Shown here: positions 1 through 17,709 of the stretch, piece by piece
Position numbering within the stretch: the first letter of the stretch is position 1
Layout of the letters: every line of letters begins with the position of its first letter
From: Emiliania huxleyi CCMP1516
Lineage: Eukaryota
Direction: 5' to 3'
DNA length: 64,000 nucleotides
Assembly (NCBI RefSeq): GCF_000372725.1
Contig: NW_005201092.1
Location: 232,395 to 296,394, forward strand
Notes under the pieces: model-generated
Databases searched by the model: none
The model's input: only the letters and a program-made list of their open reading frames with translations
What the model was told of the DNA's origin: nothing
Made by a program: the position numbers and the translations under genes

Positions 1-341
1 AGCAGCGAGGCGCCGCGAGTCGAACGCCGTCGTGAAACTGCTTGAAAAAAGAAAAAAGTGGACGGTCTTATCTTTTTAGTATGAGAGTTTGGTTAGGTAT
101 GTGTGCAAAGACGCGCGACGATATACTTTACGAATTTATTGAGAAAAACTCCAGCGGCGCTCTGAAATTCTACGACTGCGGACGCTCTGAAGCGGGCCCT
201 CCCGTGATCCGCTCGCCGAAGACCCGAACCTCGGTTCTGTGCATGGCCAGCTCGAGCTCGACAAAGATGACGGCGAGCACGAGCAGTTGGTAGAGGTGCA
301 CGCGTGCTCCCGGCACCTGCGATAACACGATGTGGGAGGAG

Positions 342-918
342 TTAGCCTTGCGCGTGGAGTCGGTGGCGAGGGCGAGAATGCACCGTGACGGGCATCTGCC
401 TCGCCATGTCGGCCGCCTGCGCCTCGAGCGCAGCAAAGTCGAGCCGCTGCAGCACCCGATCGACCGCCTGAGAGAGCGCTCGCTCATCCCGCGCCCAGGA
501 CTGGGCGGCAGCCGTGAGCTTCTCAGAGTCGAGCGTCCAGGAGCAAAGGAGCGCACCGCCCATCGCTGACATCCCAGTGCTGGACAGGAAGTCGACCAGC
601 ATGCTGCGGAAGACACGTAGCGTGCCCTCGGCCTTGCACACGACAGGGTATCGGCATATTCAACTGTAAAGTTAATGGGGTCGCCGTTCACACCGCAGGT
701 GCACGCGCGCTCATGCGCGAGCTGCAGTTCCTCATGCACTCGGCAGGCACCGCGAAGCGCTGGCGGAGGGAAGGCGTGCGCTGGATCCTGTTCTTCCAGG
801 CTACACTTCGCTGCACCTCGGCCATACTGGAGCTAACCTCCGCGGCTGACGCCATCTCGCTTATTCTCGTACAGGAGACGAGCCTGAAGCGGCCCCTCGC
901 CGGCTCCGCCTCGGTCAT
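342..918 (-). CDS. Hypothetical protein, probably two exons
   Basis: Two adjacent minus-strand ORFs with protein-like composition (MTEAEPARG...; ...LRVFRSMLVDFL...VLQRLDFAALEAQ). No family recognised. Confidence 0.25.
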
Positions 919-1220
919 GCTCCTCGGACCGTGGCCGCGCCGCGGCGGTGATACTCCAGCCAACGCTCGGCGGCGGGTGGCGTTCGGCGGCAGCTGAGGA
1001 TTCCCTCGGAGGCGGGCTTTATGGAGGCGCTTTAGAGAGGCATGTGGGCGCCCTCTAACCCGCTTTTTTTTGATATTATGCGCGCTCTGTGTGCGTACAG
1101 CGAGCTTGCTAACATGTTTCTTCCGCGACACACTCAGTGGTCACAGGAGCCTGATTCTACAGCACCCCCTCGTTGGTCGACGGACAACCATTCGCATCCC
1201 GCCTTCCCTCACTCACCTTG

Positions 1221-2289
1221 CTAAGAGCTGAGCCCAAGCATTGAGCGGAGCCCCTCGTTGAGGGGCAGCGACAGCATGTACAGCGGGGCTAGTTTCACGA
1301 AGAGCGCCGTTGAGCCGCGGTAAAAGCCGGCCTCCTTCAGGAAGGGGAACCCGAGACCCTCCTGGGACATGATCGTAGTGGCGCACGCGATAGGCGACGC
1401 GAACTTGCCCGGCTCTGCCAGGTAGCGCGTGGTGACGACATCCGCCGGGGTCGCGCACACGGTGGACCCGAGTGCGCCCATGATGGAGGCGAGGATCTGC
1501 TGCATGAGGCCTACGGATGCGCCACAGGCGTGTGTCGCGACTTGACGTGTGCGACCTGTCTTCTGCGGCTCGAGTGCCCTCGGGAAGGACTCCCGAAGTG
1601 GCCGTCTTGAAGCCGTCATACCCAAGCTGATTGCCCGCAGAGAGCGTCGCGCCGCGCACCACCAGCGGGCCCGAGCCCTTGAACCAGCCGCCGATGCCGT
1701 CCTTCTTTGCTACGGCGGCCATACCGGCGATCCAGCCGTTGGGCGAGGTAGGTGCAGAGCCCGCCTTGGCGCCTGTGGTCAGCAGGCCCGACTTTGGGTC
1801 GACGAGCCCCGCCTCGGCCTGGATGATTGTCTTTTGCGCGAAGACGGGCGTGGCAATGAAGTAGCCGATCGCACCCGCGAGCAGCCCCGAGATGAACATG
1901 TCGCCCGGCGTTGGCTTTGCGACGTCACCACCGCGGGCGCCAACGAAGACGTCGCGCACCGTGGGGTAGAGGCCTACCCTCCCGATCGCCGACACGCCGA
2001 TCGCCATGAAGTTGACCGATATGCCTGGCAGCATGATTCCTGAGAGAGGGCAAGAACCTGTGAGATTGTGCGGGCTCAGTGCGTCGGCGGCGGATCCACC
2101 ACCTCGCATCACGCCCTCCTTGGCCACGATCTCGCTCGCAAAGCCACTCATGTTGGTCGCGGTGCGCATGCTCTCGGGCGTCACCTGCCAGCGCACCTTG
2201 ACCAGCTCGAGCGGATTGGTGACCGCCGCGCCGATTCCGGCCGAGAGAAAGGAGGCAAAGAGGCCGCGCGCGAAGAGGAAGGAGGGCTC
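1221..2289 (-). CDS. Mitochondrial carrier family (SLC25) protein; 5' exon(s) not resolved
   Basis: Px[DE]xx[KR]-type signatures NPLELVKVR, TPVFAQKT and TPADVVTTR, plus EG...FYRG motifs. GC-AG intron at ~1512-1578. The frame upstream of 2289 is closed by TGA and a CAG acceptor is present, so another exon lies upstream. Confidence 0.9.
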
Positions 2290-2372
2290 CTGATGGCGTC
2301 AGTAAGCGACCCTTGGGTGGCGGTGCGAATGGAGTGCACGGCCAGGGTAGGGCGGGGTCTGGCTGCGCATAA

Positions 2373-2491
2373 GGCCAGAAGGAGCGACGTAGCAGGACTG
2401 TATATCGCTGTGTGGTGGTCGAAACGGCGTGGGCCAGAAGGAGCGGCTAGCAGGACTGTATATCGCTTTGTGGTGGTCGAAACGGCGTGGG
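2373..2491. repeat. Tandem duplication, ~59-bp unit x2
   Basis: GGCCAGAAGGAGCG...AGCAGGACTGTATATCGCT(G/T)TGTGGTGGTCGAAACGGCGTGG occurs twice in tandem. Confidence 0.85.
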
Positions 2492-3257
2492 CGCTGTCAG
2501 GCTGGCAGTGGCGTTGGCGGTGCCTTCGTGCCAGCCGCCGCCTGGTGGGGCGGAGGGATCTCGTGGCCGAGCTCGCCAATGCTCCCTTTATGAGCGAGCT
2601 GTTTCTTTTTGCCGTACACGTCGTCGTCCGGTAGGCAGCTCAGCGCGTGAGGCAGACCGTCGAGACCCATCGACAGTGTGCAATGTCCGCCGAACGCGTC
2701 GGCCGTCCCTCTGAATCTGGAATCCAACTGCTGAAATCGCACGCAAGTGGCACCGGGGGTCAGCTGTGCGCTGTGAAGGTCGGCCAAGCAGTTTTTCGTT
2801 GTATGTGGCTCTTACGTACATTCCCGGAGGAGGACTGCTGACAGGGTTTGCGATGAGGAGTGACCCGAAGGGTTTCTCGGGGTTGGTGCACCACTAACCG
2901 CCTCTGCAAGAGCACTGCGCCTCAGCGGGCTCATACTAGCACCCACCTCGCAAGCCGGACTTCTGGCTCGACGAGGGTCGAGGCTGCTCCGGGCACTGCG
3001 GGGGCCGGGGCACACGGCGGCACGGGTCACTCCTCAACACAAAAAACCCCCCGTCGAAGCACGAGGGGTCGAGGAAGTAACAACTAACAAGTATATGTGA
3101 AAAAGAAAAGGGCGCGAAGAAGTCAGGTGTGTGTGTTTAAAAAGGCGGCGCGGCACGCGGTAAGGGGTCGGCGGTACCGTAAGCTAGGGGCGGCGCGGCG
3201 GCAACAGACGGCATTTTTATGCTTTCAAAACCATCATCCTACATCGCTCTTGATTGC

Positions 3258-4511
3258 TCACGACACCCGTATGACCGACGGGTCGTCCTCCAGCGCCGAG
3301 TTGAGCGAGAGGTGCTTCCCGAAGAAGGCCATGAGCAGCGCCGCCTGTTCACACCCTCGCGCGCCGTGAAGAGCCGCCCTCCACGCCCCGCCGACCCGCC
3401 GCCGAAGGGCCGAGCCCCAGCGGCGAGGCATACTCGCCCGCCGGCCCAACCACGCACATCTCGGGCCGATCTCGGAGAGTGAGGAGAGGAGAGGAGAGGA
3501 GAGGAGGGGAGAGGAGAGTCAGGAGAGAGCAGTGAGGAGTATTGGCTGTCACAAGAGCCCACCTCGTTCGCGGACCCGACCATGCCTCCGCCTCGCCCGG
3601 GCAGAACCTCGAGCGTGCACTCCGCCACGCTCCCCTCCTCCGCCACGCTCCCCGCCGCCCCGCCGCCCGCCGCCCCGCTCGCCACCGCGCCGCCGCCGCC
3701 GCCGCCGCTTCTCGCAACCTCTGCCGCGCCCGACGTCAGCCGGGAGAGCAGTTCCCTCGCGAACGGCGTCAGCGGGTCCCGCTCACCGACGACGGCGAGG
3801 ACGGGAGTGCGGACGACGGCGCCGGCCGGCGGCGGGGGCGCCTCTGGTAGCGGCAGCCCGCACCAGCTGACACAGCCTCCGAGCCGGCAGGGCCCGCCGC
3901 CCGCGAGGCCGTCGAGGTGCTGCAGCAGATCGAGCGCGACGGTGCCGCCGTGCGCGTACCCGAAGAGGAAGATCCGCTCCGGGCTCCAGCCGCACTCGCG
4001 CACGAGCAGCCGCAGCACCGACAGCAGCGGCGCCCTGCTCGCAGCTCGAACGGTGAGAGGCGCCGTGTTCACGGCTGGCGCGACGCGGCGGTGGAGAGAG
4101 TCGCCGCGCGTCGCGGGCGAGCGAGAGCGGGCGGCGCTGGTCGGAGGCGTCCGCGCCGTCGATCAGGCGGCCGTCCGCCTCGAAGCTCTCGAACCAGGCG
4201 CCACCCTCGATGCCGAGCGGCAGCGGCAGCGGCGCCGCCAGCGCGAGCGCAGAGGTCTGAGGGAGCGCGAGCTTTGCGCCGAACCGAGCGTACATGTCGG
4301 GCGCGTCGCCGAGGCCGTGCAGCAGCAGCAGCAGGTTGGGCGCGTCCCGGGGCAGGCCATCGGCCCACACGCCGCGCCGAAAGCCGCACCGCGAGAGCGC
4401 GGCCGCCGTCGGTGGCACGCGAGCCGCGGCGGCGGCCCACACCCACCGCGACGGGTTCTCTCGCAGCTCGAGGAGGGAGGAGGTGGAGCCGGCCGCGGAG
4501 CCGGCCGCCAT
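3258..4511 (-). CDS. Phospholipase/carboxylesterase-family alpha/beta hydrolase lacking the catalytic Ser (spliced)
   Basis: LLLLHGLGD, APLPLP...GGAWF, RIFLFGYAHGG (GFSQGG position), VGERDPL and a last exon ALLMAFFGKHL. ATG at 4511. Confidence 0.85.
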
Positions 4512-4850
4512 CGCGAAAACAAAGAAAAAGTCCGCCTGAACCACTTCACAGCTATAGACACCTCACTAGACCCCACATACGGTCTCGTCCGTGCCTCGCA
4601 GGCCGGTGAGATTGCTAGAGGTGGAGCCAGCTGCTCTAGCCTCACATATCACTTCCTGTCGTCTGTTGTTTGAGTTGTGCCCTTGTTTGTGCCCTTGGCA
4701 CCGTGGAGTGCTGGGGGGGGCGACAGGGAGGATGTGGCCCTGAGTTATGTGTACGCCGACTCAGGGTGTGTGGCAGCCAGCTGGCTGTGTGTCTTGTGAG
4801 CTTGTTTGTGTCTGTGTGTCGCTCGTGCGTGTCGTCATCATCTGTCTAGC

Positions 4851-4919
4851 GTCCACCCATACCGCGTTGGTGTCCAGTCCGAGCCTGGCTGTTCTTCACC
4901 TTACTACCTACCTACCTAC
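4851..4919 (+). mobile_element. Dispersed repeat family B with tetranucleotide tail (retroelement/SINE-like 3' end)
   Basis: GTCCACCCATACCGCGTYGGTGTCCAGTCCGAGCCTGRCTGTTCTTCACCTT followed by (CTAC)n. Near-identical copy at 22582-22652 and a short copy at 10006-10033. Confidence 0.65.
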
Positions 4920-6050
4920 AGCTATGCCTTGCTCCTTTAGGTGCTCTTTAGTATGTTCTTGAACTCACCCGTCCCTGACTGGCTGAGTACACTCCCTTCC
5001 TATTGTCTTGTACTCGGCGTCCTGTGGGTGTGTTCATATTTTTGCCACAGGGACCTTTTGGTAGCCACTCTTTTTGAAGATCGCCGACCCCCGATTCGGG
5101 ACGCCTTCATCGGCTGCAGCCGAGTAGTCGCATGGATGCAGCTGCACTATCTCGCACCCACGGATCTCTCGCCGTGAATGAATGTGTCCGAGGGTGCATT
5201 GTGAGGACCTCTTGCCGTGAGGACCTCTTCGCTCTTGCAGCCATGAAGTGCCATGAGCTTGCCCACACACGCCACAGTGCTTGCGGTGGCGCTGCGGTCA
5301 GGCAGCCAGTGCATCACACTGCATGCAGTCAGAAAGAAGGCTCTCGCTCGGCGTGCAAAGGACGCCGGAGCAGCAAACCGCAACCAACGAAGTGTCACTG
5401 AATAGGAAGCAATTTAGTTGGGTCCGGTGGGAAGTGCGATTGAGCTCTGTGAACGTTTTTTTCTTTTTATTATTAAATAAGACGGTACAGCCGATTTTTT
5501 GCTCAACATCGGATGTTTGTCGACAAACTCATGCCAGAGCTCCTGCTGCTCGCGGGTTGGTCCGGTGGGGGGGGCGGGGCCGGGCGGGGTGGATCGGGTC
5601 GGGTCGGGTTGGGGCGGGGTTGCTCGGGTCGGGGGGGGGCGGGGTTGTGGGGTGGGGTGGGGATGTCGGGGTGGAGAGTGGGTGGGCGCCGGGGTGGGAG
5701 TGGTGTGACTGCTCCTGTGGTGCGGGCGACGGCTTCAGGAAGCCGTCGCCCGTGGCGAATCGATGCGAGCGCGCCGCGTGCTCCACGCGCGGCGCGCTCG
5801 TATCGACTTGGGAGTCCAATGCGCGCAGCGGGCGGGTAGCACCTCGGGAGCTCGCTCTACCCGTGATGCGGAGAACTGCGGCCCACAGGAGCGAGAATCT
5901 ATCAACCACGTCTGCGCCTCGCCTGTCGCGTGAATCGTGTCGTGCGACCGCGTTGCGTTCGAAAATTCTTTTTATTGCAAATTCTTTTATTGCAAATTCT
6001 TTTGCGCAAATTCTTTTTATTATTGGTGTGGCCGCTGTGCCGGCTCGCTC

Positions 6051-7368
6051 ATGCTCCTGCCCTGTCCGGCACCTCCGCTGCACCTTCCGCTGCTGCTCGC
6101 CGCTGCCGCCGATTCACCGCTCCTCGCTGACGCCACACCAGCAGCGGCAGCCGCGACCGCCGCCGTCGCGGCCGCTGACGGCCCCGCGCTGCAGCTGCTC
6201 GAGTTTGCGCGTGAGTTTGCGCGCGAGGGCGTGCCTTACAGCCCGTCGGTGATCGGCCCGGCGCTGAGCGAGCTGCGCGAGAGCATCAACGGTGTCCTCC
6301 TCGACGTGCGGCTGCTTTCGCTCTACCTCAACGCGGGCGTGTTTGCGCTCGCGCTGATCTGCGGCCTTCTGCTCGGCGACCAGTCGCGGCCGGATCTGCC
6401 GCGCGACGAGCGCGAGGGCGACGACGGCCTCTACCGCACGATGCCGGCGGCGAGAGCGGCCACGTGGGACCGTGGCGGGCCGACCTTTCGCGGCGGCGGC
6501 AGAGGCGCGCTGTCCGAACGCAGCTCTTTGCCGCCGCCGCCGCCGGCGCAAAAGTTCGTGGACGAGCTGCGGCCGTCGCGTGGTGCCTTCACCGCCGTCT
6601 CCGCAGGTCGAGAGTGTGATCAAGGTGTGAGCCGTGAGGAACAACTGATTGAGCGGCCGTCACCGCCGTCCCCGCAGGCCTGTGGGTCGAGTTCGTTCTC
6701 TGCGTCGCTCTCGACACGCTCGGCACCGCGTCCTACTTTTACCCGCTGGGAGAGTTTGTGGACGGCGGGGAGGCCACTTCCTAGACCCTTCCTGCACCCT
6801 TCCTAGACCCTTCCTAGGCGAGTTTGTGGACGGCGGCTTCGCCTTCGCCTACGCCTTCGCCATCGAGCTCTTCTTCGACTGGCCTGCGATGGCGCTGTTT
6901 GGCTTTTGGGAGGAGGCGCTTCCGTATACGGACGGCATCCCCAGCCCGCCACCCCCGCCTGGGCTCGCCACTACTGTGACCGTGATTGCTCTTCTCCTCG
7001 CTGTGACAATAGGCATCCCCAGCCCGCCACCCCCGCCTGGGCTCGCCACTACTGTGGCCGTGATTGCTCTTCTCCTCGCTGTGACAATAGGCATCCCCAC
7101 CGCCACCCTCGCCTGGGTCCTCACCGTGTGCGGCGTGCGGTACGCCATGCAGGGGCGCACCGCCAGGGCGGGCGTGCGCCAGGGGAAGGACCGAGGCACT
7201 TTGCTGCTCGTCGACCGGCTGGCAAAGGGGCGGGGCGAGGCGCTGCGAGAGAAGCGGCCGGCTCGCTGGTTCGACGACCAGTGGGGCTATCTTGACGACC
7301 CCGCCGCCGCCAAGGGGGCCGACACGAGCCCGATCCTGCGGGACCGCTCCGGCAACGCGCTGCCGTGA
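6051..7368 (+). CDS. Hypothetical membrane protein (spliced), hydrophobic N-terminus
   Basis: ATG 6051 follows an AT-rich leader. Several hydrophobic segments (LYLNAGVFALALICGLLL; FAFAYAFAIELFF; IPTATLAWVLTV). Frames can be joined through short introns ending in AG. Confidence 0.55.
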
Positions 7369-7965
7369 CCGGCTGACCGCGCTCGGGCCGGCGGGCGTAA
7401 GGGTCGAGCTACTTGTTGGGTGAGCAGCACGATGTTCACGTCGTGACGGCTTACGTCTCTGGCGTGGTCTACGGTATCCGTCGCGCAGCGACCCCGCGAC
7501 ACTGGGGGGAGGCGCGCTTGTTCTTCGTTGTTCGTCTCACCGCGCGGGACACCGTCGAGTGTCACGCCGCCACCTAGCACTTACTTTTTGAGACACTTTT
7601 CGATCAAAAGAACATGCCAGGCGCGCACACATGCGCCATGCCACCAATGTGCCGTCGCGGGAGTGAGAAAATACATGCACTGGCCACTGTCCTATCGCAG
7701 TAGAGTCTCTAGGAGAAAAGCCGTCGAAGTACGAAGACGAAAAGTGCTCCCCCCGCGCAAGCGAGTGTGCCCCCCGGGGGGGGGGGCGGAGGGTCCGCAG
7801 CGGTTACAGCGTCCAAGGCGGCGACGTCGGAGTGCACCCTCGTCGAACGAGTTTGCCGCGCCTCGCCAAGGGTCCCCATGGGGGTACAGACGAGGAGGGG
7901 GGGCGCACTGGAAGTCACCTCCAGAGCTCCAGCGCCTCGCCGCCTCGTCGGGCAGAGACCGCCCA

Positions 7966-9719
7966 TCACCAGGTCCCCTCCGAAGCGGCTCCGAGGAGCG
8001 TTTGAGAAACGTCCAGCTCGAGGCAGCGCATCACCAGATCGCGCACCTCGAACACCGCTCGGTTTGCCTCGGCGCGCGCTCGCACCGTGGGATGGCACCG
8101 ACGCACTGCCTGGGACATGCAGAGATGCGGGGTGTTGGCAGGACGTTTGTGTTGGTAGTCTGCGTGGCGATCGAGGAGTGAGCCAGGGTTGGGCAAGCTC
8201 GCGCACCTCGCAGAGGTCGGCTGGCGGCGAGGAGAGGTCGTCGACCACGACGCCAGCGCCCACCTCCTCCACCCACTCGAGCACTTTCTTCTCCTGCGCC
8301 ATCACGCCACGCCGCTCGCTCACGAAGGCCGCGCCGCTTGCCAGCGCCTCCGAGACGGTGCCTGGGCCCGGCTTGCCAATTACCATGTCTGTGCGGCGCA
8401 TGTGGTCCCGCACCTGTGCACCGAGGAGACGCGTCACGCGCAGTGGACGGGGAAAGGGCTGTCATGCTTCTCTCGGCGTTGGACAAGTGCGGTGCCCCCC
8501 TCGAGATGCCCCCCACCGTGCGTTGGTGCGGGTGTCTGTGTGTGTGATTGAGCAATCGAGCCTGCAATGCGGGTAGCATCGGCTCCGCCACGCAGTCGCC
8601 ACGCGCGCGCAGACGGTCAAGGAGGCGTGCATTGGCGCCGCAGAGCGCCACCACCTCCAGCGCGGGCCAACGCCGTTTGAGCGCATCGACGACCGCCTCG
8701 ACGCGCATCGGAGGCATCGCGCCAAAGCTCACCAACGCGCGGCGCGGCTCTTGCGGCCGGCCGAGCAGGGCACCACACGCGTCCTCCTCGGGCTCGTCCC
8801 GCTCCTCCTCCTCGGGCTGCGCCAGTTCACCGTGCTGCACCATGATAGAGTCGGCCGACGGTTGCCTCGAGTGCCGCTTTGCTGCACGGTGGAAAGTCGG
8901 ATGGACCACCATGCCACTCGTGCGGAGCTGAGGCGGGGCGGGGCGGGGCGAAGGGGGGGTGATTGAGAAGGGCGGTCGGGGTGCGGAGTCTAGGAAGGGA
9001 GGCCGAGGCGAAGCGCGAGCAGGAGAGGCGCAAGAGCCGAGCATGGCAGGTGGCACAACACACCACATCGGAGGGTGCATAGCCGAGCTGCTTGCACTGC
9101 TGCTGCAAGGTGGACGTGCCGGCGACGATGATATGGCGCACCGCGCCGCCGCGCCGCCGCTCGTCCACCCACGGGTGCTCCGCCTGCGTGCGTTGGCGAG
9201 GGGCGGAATGGACCGGCCGTCTTGACATTTCGGATCATGCGAGGGTGGGTGCGGGGGGTGGGGGGGGGGAGTAGCCACCGAGCTGGCAAAGTCAGTCACG
9301 ACGGTGATGAGCGTCGCGTTCGGGTTTACTGTCTCCAACGCGTCCCGCATGTGCGAGTTGAAGAATGGCACGAATGAGACGATGAGGTCTGGGGGGGCTT
9401 CCGACCACAGGCGCACGAGCCCACCAACGATGCGCGAGCGGAAGAGGTAGGTGAAGACACGGACGAAGAGGCCGAGGAAGCCGGCGGTCACCATCCACCC
9501 GTGCCGCAGTAGCAGGTTGTACACCTCGTCACCGTCAAAGCCGCTCGCTCGCGGCTCCTTGAGCCCCCACACGCATGCCTCCACCGTGTATCCAATGTCA
9601 AAGGTCTCGACCACGTCCGAGTCGCTTAGCGAGCGAGGTAGGCTATCAAGCACCGCGCGCGCCGACGCTTTGTGGCCCCCACCGCCGTGGCCGGCGGCGA
9701 ACAAGATGCGGCGGGGCAT
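7966..9719 (-). CDS. MGDG synthase / UgtP-like diacylglycerol glycosyltransferase (GT28), spliced
   Basis: GGGHKASA, PDLIVSFVP, TVVTDF, HPWV, SGMVVHPTF, CGAN, IGKPGPGTVSEALASG and QE motifs in the expected order. Confidence 0.85.
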
Positions 9720-10005
9720 ATATGTGTACACGAGGCGCTCTGAAAGCGGTTCCACCGGGCGCGCCCGCCGTGGCCCGTCGTGGATCTGGGAATCGTCAGA
9801 ATGCACAAGCGGGCCCAAAGCTACAGCTGTGAGAGACGTGCAGGATGCAGGATGCAGAATGCGGAATGCAAAAACTCACCCACAGCCAGGAGAGAGCGGA
9901 CAGAGTACCGATGCAGGATGCAGGTGCAGAATGCAAAAACTCGCCCAATTATAGGTACGGCTCTCTAAGGAGAGGCCAAAAAAGAGTCGTACAGAATGCA
10001 CAATG

Positions 10006-10033
10006 GCTGTTCTTCACCTTTCTACCTACCTAC
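10006..10033 (+). mobile_element. 28-bp family B insertion with 9-bp target-site duplication
   Basis: GCTGTTCTTCACCTTTCTACCTACCTAC is flanked by TGCACAATG at 9997-10005 and 10034-10042. Confidence 0.65.
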
Positions 10034-10412
10034 TGCACAATGCAGGTGCAGAATACAGAATCCCACCCAAGAGTGCACTGTGTGTGCAGAGTCTGTCTGT
10101 ATGGTGCAGATGCTCTCTATACAGACTGCAAACTGCATGCAACATGTCTCCCCGTCTCTGTTCTCTGGGTTCTCTTCGAGGGTTCGCTCTTACTGACGTA
10201 CGAGTTCGTCAATCTAGCGCGAGAAACCGCCATCATTTAGTTACGGCATTACGGGTGAGCCACGTATGAAAGAACCAGGCGCTCTCCAGAGCCGTATGGT
10301 ACACGAAACGCCACCCCCACACAGGAAAGGTGGCTTCGTGTGAGCTAGCTGCCGATGGTGGCTCCCCCCTGGTGCTGTCGGGGCGGCGACGTGACGGCGT
10401 CCTTGATGGCGG

Positions 10413-16180
<5,768 letters not shown>

Positions 16181-16333
16181 GGGCAGCGGCGAGAGAGTGG
16201 CGCGGGCGCTTCGGCGGGAGCGACGCGGTGAGAGCTCGAGAAAAAAGAAAAAAGTTCTCGCACCCGACCAACCAAATTAATTCCAAAAATGAAAATATAA
16301 CAATTCCATTTTGATTTCTCTAGCTGGCTGCAG

Positions 16334-16573
16334 GTGGATTGCATTGTGTACGCCTCCAAGTGCCTCTCCAACTGGACGCGTTACATCAACCATTCCACCC
16401 GCCGCCCCAGCCTGTCAGCCCGCAGCGAGTTGCTAGCAGAGGAGGGGCGGGACGGGCTCGGAACGCCACGGGTCGCCTTCGTGACACTTCGGGAAATAGC
16501 GGAGGGGGAGGAGCTCACCTTCGACTACGGAGACGGGTTTGATGTGGGCGTACTCTCTTTTGTCGACGAGTAG
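16334..16573 (+). pseudogene. Orphan C-terminal SET-domain exon
   Basis: NWTRYINHS and REIAEGEELTFDYG are canonical SET C-terminal motifs. It follows a CAG acceptor, and only ~150 bp separates it from the LysRS ATG, leaving no room for the N-terminal half. Confidence 0.7.
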
Positions 16574-16588
16574 CGGAGTCGCACGGGC

Positions 16589-17340
16589 GGCTAACCTCGG
16601 AATGTAACACCAGAATGGCTGTGCTGGCTCCTTCACAGCCATCTTCCTAAGGATGGCTGAGCTAGCTGCAGTGCAGCCACATCCTCCAGTCTAATGGCTG
16701 CAATACACACACGGCAGCCATCCTTGGTAGACATGGCTGGAGACGCACTACCGCAGCCATACCGCCCGCCTCGAGGTGAGCCCTCTTGGCTTAGCTGGCT
16801 ACATCGCAGCCATCTTGGGTAAGATGGCTGGGGGACAGCCATTTCAGCCATCTACTATGGCTGGGGCACAGTCAGTGCAGCCATCCTCCGGAGCATGGCT
16901 GGTGATAATTCGATGGCAGCCGTCCGCCGCCCCCGCCACACGCACAAAAATAGCTGCGCGCTTGTCGCCCCCGGCCTCGCGGGACGGCTGCCATCGGCTG
17001 CCATCGAATTACCACCAGCCATGGCTCTGGAGGATGGCTGCAATCTCTATGACGCAGCCATAGTAGATGGCTGAAATGGCTGAATGGCTGTCCCCCAGCC
17101 ATCTTTCCCAAGATGGCTGCAATGTAGCCAGGTCAGCCAAGAGGGCTCACCTCGAGGCGGGCGGTGTGGCTGCGGTAGTGCGTCTCCAGCCATGTCTACT
17201 AAGGATGGCTGCCGTGTGTGTGTTGCAGCCATCGGGCTGAAGGATGTGGCTGCACTGCAGCTAGCTCAGCCATCCTTAGGTAAGATGGCTGTGAAGGCGA
17301 GCCAGCACAGCCATTCTGGTGTTACATTCCGAGGTTAGCC
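16589..17340. mobile_element. Non-autonomous foldback / Mutator-like DNA transposon, 752 bp, 9-bp TSD
   Basis: Termini GGCTAACCTCGGAATGTAACACCAGAATGGCTG...CAGCCATTCTGGTGTTACATTCCGAGGTTAGCC. Inverted arms run almost to the centre. TSD CGCACGGGC at 16580-16588 and 17341-17349. Confidence 0.92.
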
Positions 17341-17709
17341 CGCACGGGCTGGTCGTGGACCGACCGCCGCGGAGAGGCTCGGGTTGAGGAGCGATCCGCT
17401 GCCTCATCCATGTCGCGACGCCCTGTAGGTAGAGTATAGAGCGTGATGGAGGTTCCTTGAAGGAAGGTGGTAGTAGGTGAATAAGACTGGTTCTTAGTGC
17501 AAAAGCGATAGAGTGTGTGTGTGACTCACTCACTCACTCACACACACACAAGCGATAGAGCATCGGCGCGTGACCCCCGATATGTGGAGGCTGTCACGCA
17601 GTGATCCCTATGCGTTGTCCATCCACGCCTCGCGTGTGTACGCACCGTCTCGTGTGTGAGTGAGTGAGACACCGTCTCCTCCGTGCCTCTTCGTCAAGCG
17701 ATCGCTTTC

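Noticed and set aside
9830..10150. TGCAG-rich segment as a MITE
   Set aside because: Only a weak terminal inverted match and no TSD.
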